From NCBI GenBank assembly GCA_001687465.1, contig LVLI01000194.1:1-64000 (forward strand): a stretch of 64,000 nucleotides of DNA, in the 5' to 3' direction. Made by a program: the position numbers and the translations under genes. Positions 32,840-46,988 of the stretch are shown piece by piece (positions within the stretch are counted from its first letter, which is position 1; each line of letters begins with the position of its first letter). The notes under the pieces were generated by a model. The model had not been told where the DNA came from and did no database searches. It worked only from the letters and a program-made list of their open reading frames with translations. The DNA comes from Halocafeteria seosinensis (taxonomy: Eukaryota).

Positions 32840-35221
32840 TTACCGGTCTTTCTTCGGAGGAACATAGCCCTTCTCTTGGGCTTGCTTTAGGTATTCATAA
32901 GGGTCGGTAGTGGAGAAGTTCATCCCGACACACAGCAATGTGAGGCCGGATATGAATACGATGACAGTCCACATGGCTGCTAAATTACGTATTCCATTGC
33001 GAAGAAATTGGTGCCGGTACACTTGGCTTCGGAACTCTTTTGCTTGAGCATCATTGACTCTGCATGTTATCGCTTGTACAGCTTCGTGAAACACCCCGTC
33101 TATAGCCAACCACGAGTTGGAGTCACTTACCCTCCATGTCTATTGGCAATTATTACAGGAGTGTACGTATTCTGATCGTAATTCTCGAATATTGCCCGTT
33201 TGTTTCCGGAGAAGGAATAATTCGTCATGTGAACATTGACTTGGACACGAAAGTGAAGGTCCATTGTCACACCAGTGGTAGGCTCGACAGCAAGGAATGT
33301 GTCATCCCTGTACAGCAGCAGCAAGCTGGGGTAAAGAATATCGGAGAGAACAATGGAAGATGAGCGCTTCATACCTTGATCTAACAGGTTCGTCTAGATT
33401 ATCAATGGCCGTATGGACCCAACGAGATGCATCTAAAAAATGCGGCTTCGAAATGAAAACGGGGGCTTTAAACTCGCTGTTTCACAGTTATAACATGAAA
33501 ACATGCAATGAATAACCTCGAAGCACCAAGGAGCAAACTTACCATGCAGTCAAATTGACCAAACCGCTGGGCCCCAACGCTGTAGTCCGCCAAATGACAA
33601 ATTTGCAGTTGAAAATGGAAACGTTCAATCTCTAGCTTACCTCTGTATCCTTTTCCAACCTCCGGATTTACGGTGATGTTATCTAACGTCGTGAGGTTTG
33701 GTCGGTAAACGTGTAGCAATATATCTTTTACACTCTCGACGTCATTTTCATGATGGAAGAGTCGCCAGGAGCGATATAGCCCGAACCCGTACGTATTCAG
33801 CAACAACGAGTCGCCTGCTTCAAGAGGGCCTGAGTGTATTGGCATTGCACCGTAGCCATTGTATCCACCAGCGCCACCGGTGGCGATGTTGTGATGAAAC
33901 TGTTCCCCATGGCAACCTTGGATAACGTTATACTCTTCGTTCCTCCACGTCGGCATGCGCTCATCGTTTGTTACGTTGGGGTAGTGGTCGCCGCATGGCC
34001 CGTATTTACAACATCTCAAGGCATTCATGCCGTCCCACAATACATATTGCCGCATCATTTTTGGGTTATGGCGGCCAGTGTAAATTTCATCTCGGCTGTG
34101 CCTGTTGCGGGCGTACTGCGGAGATGTCTGGTTCTCTTGCACTCCCGGAAAGTGTGTAAAAGGCACTTCAATACCTTTTTCATTAACTTTTTTCAGAAGT
34201 TCAGATTCGTAACCCCATGTTACTTCCTGCCAGGTCATATCCAAACAGTATGAGATGCCTACAAGCTCGGATGCTGTTTAGAGACGGCACCTACCTTGAT
34301 AGTCTTATTGACCCACATGAGTTCTGCCTCAGGTATGCGCAGTAAGTCCTCCAGTAACTCGAATTCCTCTGGACCTGCCTGTCCAACTATTGAATGGAAA
34401 GGTACATTAGGGCTGTAGATAACTAGTTGCTCAAGCCGCCTTGTCTCTTCGTTCAGCGGCGTGTAGTATTGCCACGGCAGGTATTGCACAGTTGCGTTAT
34501 CATTCTTGAATTCAACATCAAGCTTTTTATTATGATACAAATACTCGAGAGGGCCAATCTTGTCCACCGATATCTTTGCATTATCTGTAAAGAGACGGCA
34601 GGACCATGACCACCAAAGAATCTCGATATATACCGACACCATGCCGCACTTACTGTAGACAACCTCAAACGGGTTCGTCACATTAAATGCGTAAACAGTC
34701 AGGTACAGCACAGGCGCGTCTTTATGGTCTGAGTCCACCCATACATCGTATCCTGTTACAATGGCGGGACTCAAAACTTTTCGTGCGTTTGCTACATCCG
34801 ATTCAGATGCAGTTCCCGCATACCTTGCGCCTCTTTCGAGGCCAGCGAAAATTTATCCTGAATTCCTTGATTAATTTTCTTGTCAATAAAGGGGGGTAAA
34901 AGCAATGTTACCAACAGTAACGCTATCCCAAGTATCTGCTTCCCCACCACATTATAGAGTCAAGTGAACATTTCACTTCATTTAAGTAGCACACAGGGGT
35001 GCACATACCGTGCAGCATATCCCCAATTTAATGCATATTCTGCCCGTATTGAACGCCGGATGGTCCGTTCGGTACTGATCCAAATGACTGCGCGCACACC
35101 CACAGCAACCATAGGTACCCTTGGTCTCCACGTAGACCTCCTCCTGCGCCACTTGTCGATTCATGGGGGGCAGGCCCCTTCTACCACCCCCCACCACTTG
35201 TAATTCCATATTGACGCTCAT
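32840..35221 (-). CDS. CD36/scavenger receptor class B (LIMP-2-like) protein, multi-exon
   Basis: N-terminal TM ILGIALLLVTLLLPP. Motifs YLTVYAFNVTNPFEV, VDKIGPLEY, GCHGEQF, APVFISKPHFLDA and TFLAVEPTTGVT. C-terminal TM WTVIVFISGLTLLCVGM. Confidence 0.88.
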
Positions 35222-35561
35222 TATCATCCATAGGAACAAACATGCGGCAGTAAGAGACAAGGAAATCAATCAACTACAAAGTAAACACATATATCAACGA
35301 CTCTCTCTCTCTGTGTGTGTGTGTATTGAATCCGGATAAAAGCCGTCAGCTTCACAAGGCTCTGCCTGAAGGACGAGACGAGTCGAGAATCTGGACACTG
35401 ACTGTGACCAGTGGGTGGGTAGTTTGGGTCGAGGCCCGTGTATTCTTTCCGAGGGCAGGCAGAAAAGCTCAGCGAAGAACTTGGAGTATCATGACAACCT
35501 AACGCTTGGAATCCGCAGATTCAGCAAAATTGTAGCAACTGCGTCCCGGAAGACGAGTAGT

Positions 35562-38500
35562 CTACACTTTTTGAATTTTACTGCAAATCCTCTCAGCACT
35601 ATCATGCGTAATACCCGCAGCATCAACGAGATGTTTAGCGTTCAAAGAGGGAACTGCTTCCCCTAGTTTGGCATTGCCGATAGTTTCAACCACGGCTATA
35701 CTCTCTACGGGTGACAGTTGGTGTTTACGCATCAATAATCTCGCCTTCGCGATTCTTGCATTTCTGTCTTTCGCATCGCTAATATGCTCACAGGATCCAC
35801 ATTGTAATCTATAAGAAGGGCTCCAAGGTATCCGCGTCAGCGAATTGGTACTGGCCTTCACCGCTTCCTGCAGTACGGCCTGAAGCGCTTCCTGTAAATC
35901 TCCACAACTAGTAACGCCATGTTGGATATTCAGAATCTTCCGCACAGAAGTAATTTTCCGTTCCTTAACGGCTGGATCGGCCTTTCCGTATAGGATAAGA
36001 GCTTTTATACTACTTCGTGACCCTTGTAGGTCATCTAGTAGAGATTTAATCGTCGTCTCATCCACCTCCTCCAGGCCAAGGACCACAGCATAAGACAGGT
36101 CTTGGAAGCATATCACATTTCCATTTAAAGGAGACTCATACACCTCGAACTTATGCTCACTGTAGTTGCTCCCCAGGTGTTCCATAGCTGCTTGGAAATT
36201 ATCGCGGAATTCAACGGCATGAGTCCCCCTTTTCTGTCCTACTAAAAGCTTGGTAGGCGTATTCGCCTTAGCAGATTTCACTTCTTCGTCCTCACTGTCG
36301 CTACTAGCTTCGCCCAATAAATTGAAGTCTTTAATTACCGCATCCCATGGAATATCTCCCTCTCGTCCAGCAAATGATTCAACTGTACAGGCTTCGGCTA
36401 CAGGTACCTGGTTACGAGTAGATGGAGTTTCCGATACAACTCCATTAGGCATGCTTTCCTTGGAAGACGATATCACTGGAGTTGCAGCATTCTGTCTGCG
36501 AGCTTGCAGCCTTCGCTTTGCTGCTTCCTTATTTCTTCTTATACGTTCCTTGAGTTCTTCGTTCTTAACAGAGCTGGATTTATCACCTGTCTTCTGGACT
36601 GAGGCTTCCATTGTGCCCTCTTGAGGGCGTTCGCTACCGTTGTCGCTTGTCGTGTCTTCCGCACGAGTGTTGGCAGGAACTTGGCGGCGATCCAAATCAA
36701 GAGGCTTTTCAGCAGCGAGACGAGCAGAATTCCAAGAGGTGTTTCCCCGGGGAGAATCACTTGGAGGTTTGTAACGCGAGCAATTGAGATCCATATCGGG
36801 ATACTCTCGCTGATCGTTTGAATTTTCCCGATAGAGCTGAAAAAAATGCCCCTCTTCCCCATGAAGTACATTGCGGTACCGCTGGCATGCTTCACAAAGA
36901 AAGACATCTTGACACGTCTTGCAAACGTACATCCGGAAGTTGCGTCCATTGTCTTCGCATCCGGCACAACAAGGACCCTCTGGTGTTAAATGAGTACACT
37001 GAGTACTACCATTGGAGAACATATACGATTCGCCATCCTCCCCCATATCATTTACAACGAAACTATGAGCGTCGGAGTTATCACTCTCGTCTCCTAAGCG
37101 TGCCTCTCTTTCGACTTCTTCGTCAGTGCCACTGTTCAAGTCCTCTACTTCCGCATCAGTATCCAGGGAGCTCTGAGTGTCCACCGGCCGACTGCTAATC
37201 CTATTTACTTGCTCCATCACACGCTCCACTGTAGGTAACGAGGCAGATTTACCGCATCTAAATAAGGACTTCGGTGGGCGTTTTTCATCTGCCTGGGACA
37301 AAACCGAACGCTGTCTCATTTCGTGTCTATTCCACGAGCGTCCACGATGACCTCCCTTATCTCCTCCATATTGGCTTTCAAGCTCATTTTCGTCCCAGTC
37401 TGTAGCATCATCTATAAATGGATCTTCAGCATCATAGTTGTTCGGAAGGCTCTCAGCGTCGCTATCTTCTTCGTCGTCGGTCCATGCTACTCCAGTATCG
37501 TTATCGATCTCCTCTTCGGCGTCTCTTTCAATATACTTATCCACGGCTCGCTTCTTTAACCTTTTCAAACGGGAGACCTTTTTCCGTGCCACTGGAGATT
37601 GGGACTCACTCTCCGAAGAGTCGCCGTCCGTTACGGCCGCCCTGTCGCCACTACGTAGATTCGAGGAAGACCCTTTACATGACATGACACACTCCTTGGC
37701 TTTCGTCGCTGTATCCTCATCATCATTGCCCCACAAGTTCAAAACATTGTTACCAGAACCTTGGGTGAACTCTTCTTCCTCTTCCGAGTCTATCATAACA
37801 ACCTCGTTTCGACTATTGTTTCGCTCAGCGACTGTCGATGTAGACCGTTTCTGCTTACGCTCGTGTGAATCGACTTTTTTGTTCGACGTAGCCCCCCTCT
37901 CCCGTTTCTCCTTCGACATTTGGTTTCTTTGCTTGGGCTTTGCGAACGTAGAGATATCCTGACTCCCTGAGTTTGTTTTACTTGTAGACTCATTTTCATC
38001 GTCAGATCTCCGTTTCCTTTTAGACTTGTGAGAAGATTTCGGTTCGCGAGCTTTGCGCTTTTTTTGTTTCAAGCCTGCTACTTGGGAAGACCTAAACTCT
38101 GAAACCGAAATAGTCTCCCTGACCATCTCCGGGCTTCCAACGAGATGGGAATATTGTTCAGGCGGCTGATAAGAAGGCAACTTATCCGAACAGTTTCGCA
38201 AAAAGCAGGACACTTTTCTGTAGTCTCGAAAAGATGCATCAAACTTATTAGCCTCCGTCCCAGGAGTAACGAGAGCTACGCACTCTCCAACTCCACTTCG
38301 TCCCGTCCTTCCAAGACGTTGGACAGTCCTGAAGAGATGACAAAGAAATGCTCGTAAGAATTTACATAATTCCGGCCCTTAAATTCCTTGCTTACCTAAT
38401 TGGAGAGCCAACAGCATCAAACATTACGATGATTCCCACCTCTCCAATGTCCAGCCCCTCTTCGCCAATGCAAGTGGCAACTAGTACATTACATTCACCA

Positions 38501-40962
38501 CTTCTAAATTTTGCAATCGTGTCAACCTGTTCTGACTGCTTTTGACCCCTTGCTGCGGTGCCCGTCGAATTAGCTGCTTTGGACGTACCCTGCCCAACGA
38601 ACGCCGCGGCCTGCGAACAAAGCGCGTGTAAACATTGCTCGCCAGGAGAATCTACTTAGAAGCACGTTCCAGGTACCTACTTCCATTAGGTCACTATCCT
38701 TCCATTCCAAATGCTTGATGACTTCCTCAACACTTGACCTTGTCTGGGTAAAGACGATTGCCCGGGTAGATTCGCCTGCCGCGTTCTTTCGAGAAAAGTG
38801 GGATCTCAGCACCTCTGCGATGTACATGTAGTGATATGCGGAACAAATGAGTAATAAAAGGTCCGCACAAACGCAAATAAGACGTACCGGAAAGCTTCAA
38901 CAGTTTTGGATGGACTAAGTGTCTCCCAGAATCCTCCATCCGATTTAACCGTTGCATCAGGTTTTTCCATGAGTTTTGCCTGAACAACCATTGTTTCGTC
39001 CTATTTACCTGGGGGCTATTGGCATACCTCACAAGGGACTTATGAAAAGACCACGTCCCGTGTGTCTGCAGCTCCTTCATTGCAGGTATCAAACTCAGCA
39101 AAGCGTTGAAGTCACTCATCACTTGGATCACCTCATCTTGTGGTAAACCGTTTTCTTGAGACTTGGACTTGAAATCCTGAATGACCTCCATCAACAGCAT
39201 AACGTTTAGCCGCTTTGGGTCAGAAAATCGGAGCCAACCGCTTTTGTTAAGCCGGAGTACTATGGGCTTAATCATCTCGCAAAATTCTTTAGTGAGTTCC
39301 TCAAGCTCTTTTGACAGTGGGACCTGAATCGCCGTAAAGTTACGCAAACATGCTTAGCCGAGAAATACATGCGCTTCTGCAGCACTTACATTAACACGAT
39401 CAATAGTCTTCAGAAACGTGTACGGTTGTACATCACTATCGAAATCGCTCCTCGCCTCAATCTTGGTTATGTGGAGGTTATTGAACACCTCGCTAACCCT
39501 GCTGATATCTGTTCCTGGTGTGGCACTCAACGCTAACATCCGATATCTTTGATGCACTCTGTCCATGTACTTGACAACAAGACAGTGTGGGTAGTTCCCC
39601 TGTGCACGGTGAGCCTCGTCAACTACTATCAGAACTACTCGTTTTGGCTGCACACACAAATGGATACTAGCAGTATGTTGTCAGCAGAAAGCAAATACAT
39701 TCCTTAACGTACATCAGCCCTTCCTTCTCGTAAGTCGTTGGCCATCACATGTGGAGTGCAGAATATGACATTCCGCGAACCCCACAGTTCTTGACGTTCA
39801 CTTGGTTTGACGTTCCCCAGCAACTGTGCCGTGACGTTCTCAGGAAGACCCTGGGCAGTAATATTCCAACTTGCAAAGAATAAAACCCCGAAGAGCTGCT
39901 TTGTCTGGGAACGAGACGTTTTTCTTACCATGATCTTGTAGCATGCCTCAATTTGCTGTACAACCAGTGGCTTTGTTGGCGCAAGGAAAACGACTTGTCC
40001 ATCCGGATACCACCTGCCCAAGGACAGAACGTAAGACAAGTCCATGCAACAACGAAGATTTTTCTCGAGAGAAGTGCATACCTGTAAAAATTGTACATTA
40101 CAACGGCTGCAATGAACGTTTTCCCTAGTCCAGTGGGAAGCGAAACGAGTGTGTTGTAGTAAATTGCTGTTTCCACAATCTTGCGTTGGTACGCGCGCTC
40201 AGCGTATTTCTCGTTCATGGGAAAGATCCATGTTCCTGCCGTCTCGGGGTTCATTTGTGGGAGCTCACTTGTTGGAACTTCATGAGACAAGTCTACTGGT
40301 CCATCCTCGTCTGGGCGTTTCTCTTGTGCTGTTGTCTTCAGTATCTTGGATACCTTGCCTCTCCCACAGAGTTGGTTGCTGGTATACTGACGAGTAACAG
40401 ATTTCTTGAGAGCAACTCGAGCACCTGAGCTTGGAGAGAACGGCTTCTCCTCATTTGTATTACCTGTCTGCTGTTGACTTTTCCCACTAGTCTCCTGCGA
40501 GGAATAGTTCCACGATGTATGGTTGGAGGTAGAGGAGGTGGGGCGCGAATAGACAATTGAATCCAGCCGCTTGCTAGTGGTACTTCCCGTTCCACCGCCA
40601 GCATTCCAAGATCGTGTAACATTCAGTCTACTTTGGACAGAGGCAGAAGAAGCGGCAAATTGGGTGACAGCTGAATTAGAGGTTGTCGAATAACTTGAGG
40701 AGCTCGGATACCGAAAATCTTGCTCAGAAGTCAGATCAATTTCCTCCACTTGATGGGCCAAGGGAGCCGCGTTCTCCTTCCCTTTGGAGGCATCCTCCGT
40801 GACGTCGCATACCTGAGCTAGCGTATTCTGCAATTTTCCACATACAGATAAAATATTGTAAGACACTGGTGATATGCTGTCATTCTAAACCTCTTCCGAC
40901 TTCTCTATCGGAAGACCTACTTCGTCGATGTTTTCCAGCCAGGAAATGTCATCCTCTGCCAT
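35562..40962 (-). CDS. FANCM: FANCM/Mph1 DEAH helicase with acidic linker, ZZ-type zinc finger and degenerate C-terminal ERCC4/HhH-like region
   Basis: ERAYQRKIV...[102 protein letters not shown]. Many introns. Confidence 0.93.
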
Positions 40963-41285
40963 TTCTCGGCTGACATGCGTCACTCCTACAGCACCTATAT
41001 TGTGTCTAACATCTAAAAAAGCCAAAATCCGGCTGGAATATCCTCTATATGGACCAATACAAGCCCGATACTACTTTGTGAACCCGGGTCCCGGGCGAAT
41101 TCAAATGTGTCTCGCTTGTAGTAAACGGCTGTCCGGGATGAATTCCCGGATGAGGATCCGGGCCACGGGCCCGGATTTCATTGCCGTTTATGTGCTCATT
41201 CAGAGAGGATAACATTGCTGCACGGTAGTGAATGGTACCCGAAGGACGAGTGTAAGTGGCAGTGATACAACCGGAAGGCGGAACA

Positions 41286-42778
41286 ATGGAGACGGCCTGC
41301 TACTCATTCCGGATGGAATGGTTGGATCCATTCGCGGAATTACGGCGACCTTATAAACTGAAATTCCATGAACGCATGGATAAGAAGCATAAGATCGAGT
41401 TGGTAAGTTTTCGCGTCTTTTGCAGTGCTTATGCTGGTTGCACATTACTGCTGGCAATCCGCGCTATTTGGAGGATGCAGTTTGACTTGCGCACAAAGAA
41501 GACGTTCCTCAAGCCCACCGAGTATCCGTCGATTCAACTTGATGATTTATTCATTGGAGCCAGAGTAAATATGTGAGTACTCCTACTCAGTACACGGTGT
41601 TGGCGCGAGCCAGCTCTTGGTAGATTGTCACATGTATCACCTCTGCTTGCAGTTTTGGACGACAAATGACAGTTCTCGATTACGATGATGCGTTCACGAG
41701 GAACCACCTTGAACAGAAACAACAAAGGTGAGCCCACAACCAACGATATACTACGATCACTTTGGAGAGTGTCATGCACATTCTTCATGCTCTTGCTGTC
41801 TTCCGTGGCAGATGCCTAGCGATCCTTGGATACTCGACTATCACTCACTTAGGCGATATATGGAGCATTATAAATCAGAGTGGACTCAAGATTGTGCACC
41901 TACGGATGTGCTCGTTATCTGATCGAGATGTCCACAAATTGTTTGAAAACCCTGATAAAGAACTTCTCAATGAGCCTATTCTGGTTATGGAACTTGTAGG
42001 TGAAAATGCTGTTCAGTTATGGCACGATACTATTCCATCGTTGAAGGAGAGTGAAATGCAAGGTGTGATAAGGGAGGCAGAGTCTCCTCAAGAAGCCGAA
42101 AGAGTACTAGAAACATGTTTTGGTCACGGTCACAAAGGCCATGCTCCCGATATGGCTCCGCCTGTTACTGCTTTTGGTGGAACTGGACCAGGCAGTACCG
42201 CAAAGGAGTCTCACGCGGTAGATGCATCCTCAGCTGTAACACCCACCGCTTTGATGGATGACAAGTCGTCCTGCGCAGTTGTTCTACCACATGTTATACT
42301 GTCCAAGGACGCGGGTCCCTTAATTTCGGATTTTATGGATGCGATTGAATCAACAAAGGGTGCAGATGGCGGTCCGCTACGAGTAACTGCCATGCAAATG
42401 TTTGAACTTGATCTTGTTACAGCGGAAGAATTTCTTGAAGTATATAAACACGTAGCCCCTGAGTTTCGCGTAAGTACATGGAGTTTCCTTGATGCTAACG
42501 TCGCTATCTTAGCTCTCTAATTTGGCTTGCTGCAGGCCATGGCTCAAGAGTTGAGTTCCGGTCTATGCCTTGCTACAGAAGTACATGGGAATGATGCTGT
42601 TAACCGTCTCAGAAAAATAGCCGGACCGAGAGACGTTGATATTGCAAAACGAATTAGGCAGCAATCTCTTCGCGCCAAATACGGGAAAAGCATTCCGCAA
42701 AATGCGATCCATGTTACGGACTTGGATGAAGACGGTCGAACGGAATCCGAATACTTCTTCTCTGTACTAGAAGAATAA
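41286..42778 (+). CDS. NME7: Nucleoside diphosphate kinase 7 (DM10 + two NDK domains), ciliary/centrosomal
   Basis: DM10: YSFRMEWLDPFAELRRPY...FDLRTKKTFLK...LDDLFIGARVN. NDK: AEEFLEVYKHV, LRKIAGPRDVDIAKRIRQQSLRAKYG...NAIHVTDLDEDGRTESEYFF. Confidence 0.93.
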
Positions 42779-42970
42779 TAAGACAGAGAGACATAGCATA
42801 CGGCTTTCCATTTTAATGATGGTTTCCACTATACCTTGGTTTATACTCTTCGTCTCCACTTGCACACTTCGAATCAAATCGTTGTGAATTACCCCCGTTT
42901 TGTGAAGATACCCGTATCTTAGACACACTATCCCCGGGTTGTTTGCTTGGTGCACAGTGTAAGCGTTAAG

Positions 42971-44363
42971 ATGACGGAAGGTTCACGCAATTCCGAATGG
43001 TACTTGGTTAGCATTGGATCTAATATTCTCGGTGAACTCTTGAGCAAGGAAGATGACACCAAGGGAATCCAAGTTCACAAATTACCCACGGATCCGACGC
43101 TAGGAGACTGGGACATTTATACCGCGAATACTTCATGCACGGTATATCAACGAAATTCAAATCGAATAGGCGTCTTTGGCTGGTTTGGCAGCAGGATCAA
43201 CGAATTTGACCCCTCTGCTTTCGTGGAACTCGCAGGTGAAGCGAGCGTCGTATGTGCGTCGCCATTGAGTGATGGCGAAGGAATTGTAGTATCGACCACT
43301 ACCAGTGGATGCTCTCTCATGCAAAAGATTGCCACGAACAATACCGATAGTCAGACAAATCGCTCAGCGAGTTTGACGATCCACCGGAAACTCTTCCCGG
43401 ACAATCGAGTTGTCAAGAGTATTGCTGCTGGTATGGAGCACGTTCTATGTTTAACGAGTGAAGGCCACGTGTACTCATGGGGCTCTAATGAATACGGACA
43501 GTGTGGTTTGGGAAATGAAGGGATAGGAAATGTTGAGAAGCCAACCCTAGTGAAGCCAGACAATGAAATAACTACGTTCGGTAAGATTGCTGCAGGTTGG
43601 TATCACTCCGCCATTGTAACTAAAGATGGGGCCCTTGCAACATTTGGACTAGGGATTTATGGGGCTTTGGGCTCCGGTACTACAGAGAATCAATACTCGC
43701 CAATTACGATAGTACCACCACCGATAAACGCTTCGATGGCCTTCGTGACTGACGTTGCATGTGCAGCGTGGCACACGCTTTACTTGAACAGTTTCAAAGA
43801 AGTGCTTGGTTGTGTGAGTCTCAATGTCAATTGTCACTTGTTTCAGGAAATGCCGTCACCGAATGTTTTGCATGAATGATTGCAGGGATACAACGTGTAC
43901 GCCCAAGTAGCTATGCCTTCGTCAGCATCCGAATTCGGGGATAAGATATTTTCTCCCATTTCGTTATTTCCAGATACCCCCTTCGATGTGGAACAGGTTC
44001 GTTGCATTCCTTTTCTGTCACTCATAAACCGCTTTATTACCGCTTTTTATTACTTCGCAGATTTCAGCTGGGGTGGATCTAAGTCTGGCTCTAGATTCTA
44101 CTCGAAAAGTGCTTCTCTGGGGAGACAATGAAGTAGTAAGTGAAGGTATTCGGTTTCTATACGTTCCTCCCTTTGGATGCTATACGATCGTGCAGGTGAC
44201 ACGAATGCGTAGGGGGGAGGACGCCGTTTCGACCCTCAGCGCCAACAAGATTCGTACCTTGGATTTGTATCACATCCTTGCATGTGACGCTTCCCAAGTA
44301 TCCTTTCAGAAAGTCATGGCTAGCGATCATGCTGTTCATGCACTCATCACGATCGATCTTTAA
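42971..44363 (+). CDS. RCC1-repeat protein
   Basis: IAAGMEHVLCLTSEGHVYSWGSNEYGQCGLG; IAAGWYHSAIVTKDGALATFGLGIYGALG; VACAAWHTLYL. Confidence 0.85.
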
Positions 44364-46988
44364 CTCTCAGATCTGATTATTTCTTCTTTTATATGAGATA
44401 CAGCTACCTGGTTTCCTTGGGTCTCTTCTACCGTTCCCAACTGGTTCTCAATTCTGTTGAAAGCTGCGTCAGTTTCCGTATGGGAAAGACTTCCTTTTTT
44501 GTTTTGGTATGCCTTAGTAGCTGCTGAGGCTTCGACCAGATGATAATGTTGACGTCTTGCGTTGGTTGATGCCGCAGTGACGAGACCGAGGCGTCGATCT
44601 GGTGCATTGGGGTTCTCCAGTGTTGGGTCCTTCCACTTTTTAGGGTTGTCGGCCACAACTAGCTCAAAAGTGGGATAAACTTGTACTGCTTGCTTCTCTA
44701 CCGGGTTCCTGACCTTGACCACCCAATTTTTCCACTTGCAAAAGCTGTACAAGGAACACATGATGCAGCCGAAACAGAGCAAAAATATGGTTATAACGAG
44801 TTCCACAGCCATCTTTTCTCGGGGGATCTCAGGGACAAAGTAATCGGGCTGAGGGAAGACGGAAATTGTTGAGCTCCTGTTATTGCTGACGCTAAACTGC
44901 TCTGACTGGAGTTCAAACCAGATACCAAAGTCGTTGGCGGGACGTGTCAAAGTAATCGATACAAAGGACATCACACCGTTCTGTTCCAATGCAAAATTCA
45001 CTCTCACTAGCCCACCTAGACTAGTTGGGAGAGGATCGCTGGCGCCTATCCCGGGGAAGTCTACATGGCTGAGAAACAGTGTCACGAAGGTATCAGGGAA
45101 GTTCTCCCGTAGCACACGTCTGTGTCTGTCCCTCATGATCGCCACAGGCTGAACAGGGAGCTCTTCATCAGCCCAAACTTTGTTGAAAGCTGAGCTTGCG
45201 TTAGCTAGCCTGAAATCGGTGAGCTCTATTACTCCGGCCACATCTACAAGACGGACATCAAATGGAAGCTGTCTCCCGCTTCGTGGACCAAAGTCAGGTC
45301 GAGTTACATCCGGATCACAGCTACTCTCATCATCGGTAGGACAGACTATCCCGTCGTCGAGCGTTCCAACACTTATACCTCGCAGATCTACTCTCTGCCC
45401 AGGCTCCTCGATAATTTCGATGAACGCAGGTCTTAAGAATTTGTCGTCGGCTGTTAGCTCCCCAATCAAGGTTGGAACGGTTACCTGTAGAAGAGCCTAG
45501 TGATAACCAATATTCGAAATCTATAAAACTATAAGAGACTTACAAATTCAGCAGCAGTTACATTCATACCGTAGTGGGAAAACGCTCCAAGGAAGGAAAG
45601 GCCGCAGAATTCACTTATGTTAAGACCTTTGGTGGCCTCTGCTTCCTCCAAGGTTGTAGCAGTTAGAGTCTCCGCTTTGGGATCCGCGGGGTAGGTAGGC
45701 TCCTCCGCACCGCCGAATCCCCCTCCACCAAAGCACCACTGTGTATGATTCACTAAGGAGGGGTCCTCATGCGCCCAACACGGACGATAATCTCCGAGGC
45801 AATTAAATCGCATTGTGAATATATTTCTCAGCCGTTCAAGGACAAGCTCCATCGCGTAAGCTTCTTCGAACACCCTGAAGAACACATCCACAGCCTCAAT
45901 TGACCCTGCAATAGTCAGACGATCTTTGATAGTATCGTCTCCTGGGAGCTTCCTGGCGTTACTGAGTAGCTGACGGAAGTTGTCACGTTTGGGATTTCCG
46001 ACAGGGATCTGCGTCGGCAAGACTTCTTGCACGCCATCAATGTAAACCGTTTCCGGCTCTGTCCCAACGAGAAGACCTACAGCCTTCTCGAATATCTCAT
46101 TTTCAAAAGAAATGAGTCTTATTCCTGTCAATCGAATAACAGCCCTGACCTCTCTGTCGAGGAGAACTGGCCCTGCTCCTGGAAAGTCGAGAGTTGGGGC
46201 CCGATCCCCACTTGGCCGGTTACAGTATCCGAATCCAAGATCAGTCTTAGGTACTGGAAACCCGTCCTCCCGGTCTACAAATACTCTGCACTGGAGGCTA
46301 CCGCAGTCTCTGTCTCCACGATCATTTTGGTTGCATCTCCTTCCTTGTGCACAGTCATTCCCTGGACATGATTGGCCACAATCCGTGTCACTCTGCTATG
46401 GAAGTAATAGAATCCGTCTCGCTAAAACAGCTTCGCGCAAAACAAATATACCAGTGCTTACCTCCTGACCGTTTCGGATGTTATCATTGCATGTTGCTGA
46501 AACACAAAACTGCTCATCACTTTCTGTTAGTCCGCAAGAGCCAGTGGTGCAGTCATAGCCCGACCAACAAAATAGTCCTAGCTTGCATTTTTCCGGACAA
46601 GCAGAGCCACAATCTGGTACTAAATTCCACAACTTGAATTATGGCGGTAAACCGATCCTGCTGTCATTATACGTACCAATGTTCGCTTCATTGAATTCCA
46701 TGGTCCCGTTGTTGCAGCTGTCCAGTTTGCACGATTTAAACGTTTGGGTGAAATAATCATCCTGGCTGCAAACACCAGAGGCGCAATCCTCATTCTCCGT
46801 GCATTTCTGGCCTAGTTCTGCTGTTACATTTTCATGGTGTGTTTGGGCTAGAGTGCTACACGAGATGCTCTGCAAATGCATAGTCGTCAGTTCTGGAGTG
46901 TAATCATCCAAGGGAGCTGTGTGCGCTATCATACCAGGATTACCACTGCTCCCACTATCATTTGATCCCAAATTCTCTCAAGAGCCAT
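44360..46988 (-). CDS. Secreted/type I membrane protein with N-terminal Cys-rich repeats
   Basis: Spliced signal peptide MALERIWDQMIVGAVVIL|SISCSTLA. Repeats CNNGTMEFNEANI.CGSACP and CNDNIRNGQE..DCGQSCP. Single TM AVELVITIFLLCFGCIMCSLYSFC followed by a cytoplasmic tail. Confidence 0.65.

Noticed and set aside
35301..35324. (CT)n(GT)n microsatellite
   Set aside because: An ordinary short compound microsatellite upstream of the CD36 gene.
6332..40962. BRCA2 and FANCM (both Fanconi/HR pathway) within about 24 kb as a functional cluster
   Set aside because: They are separated by several unrelated genes, and proximity in a gene-dense genome is plausibly chance.
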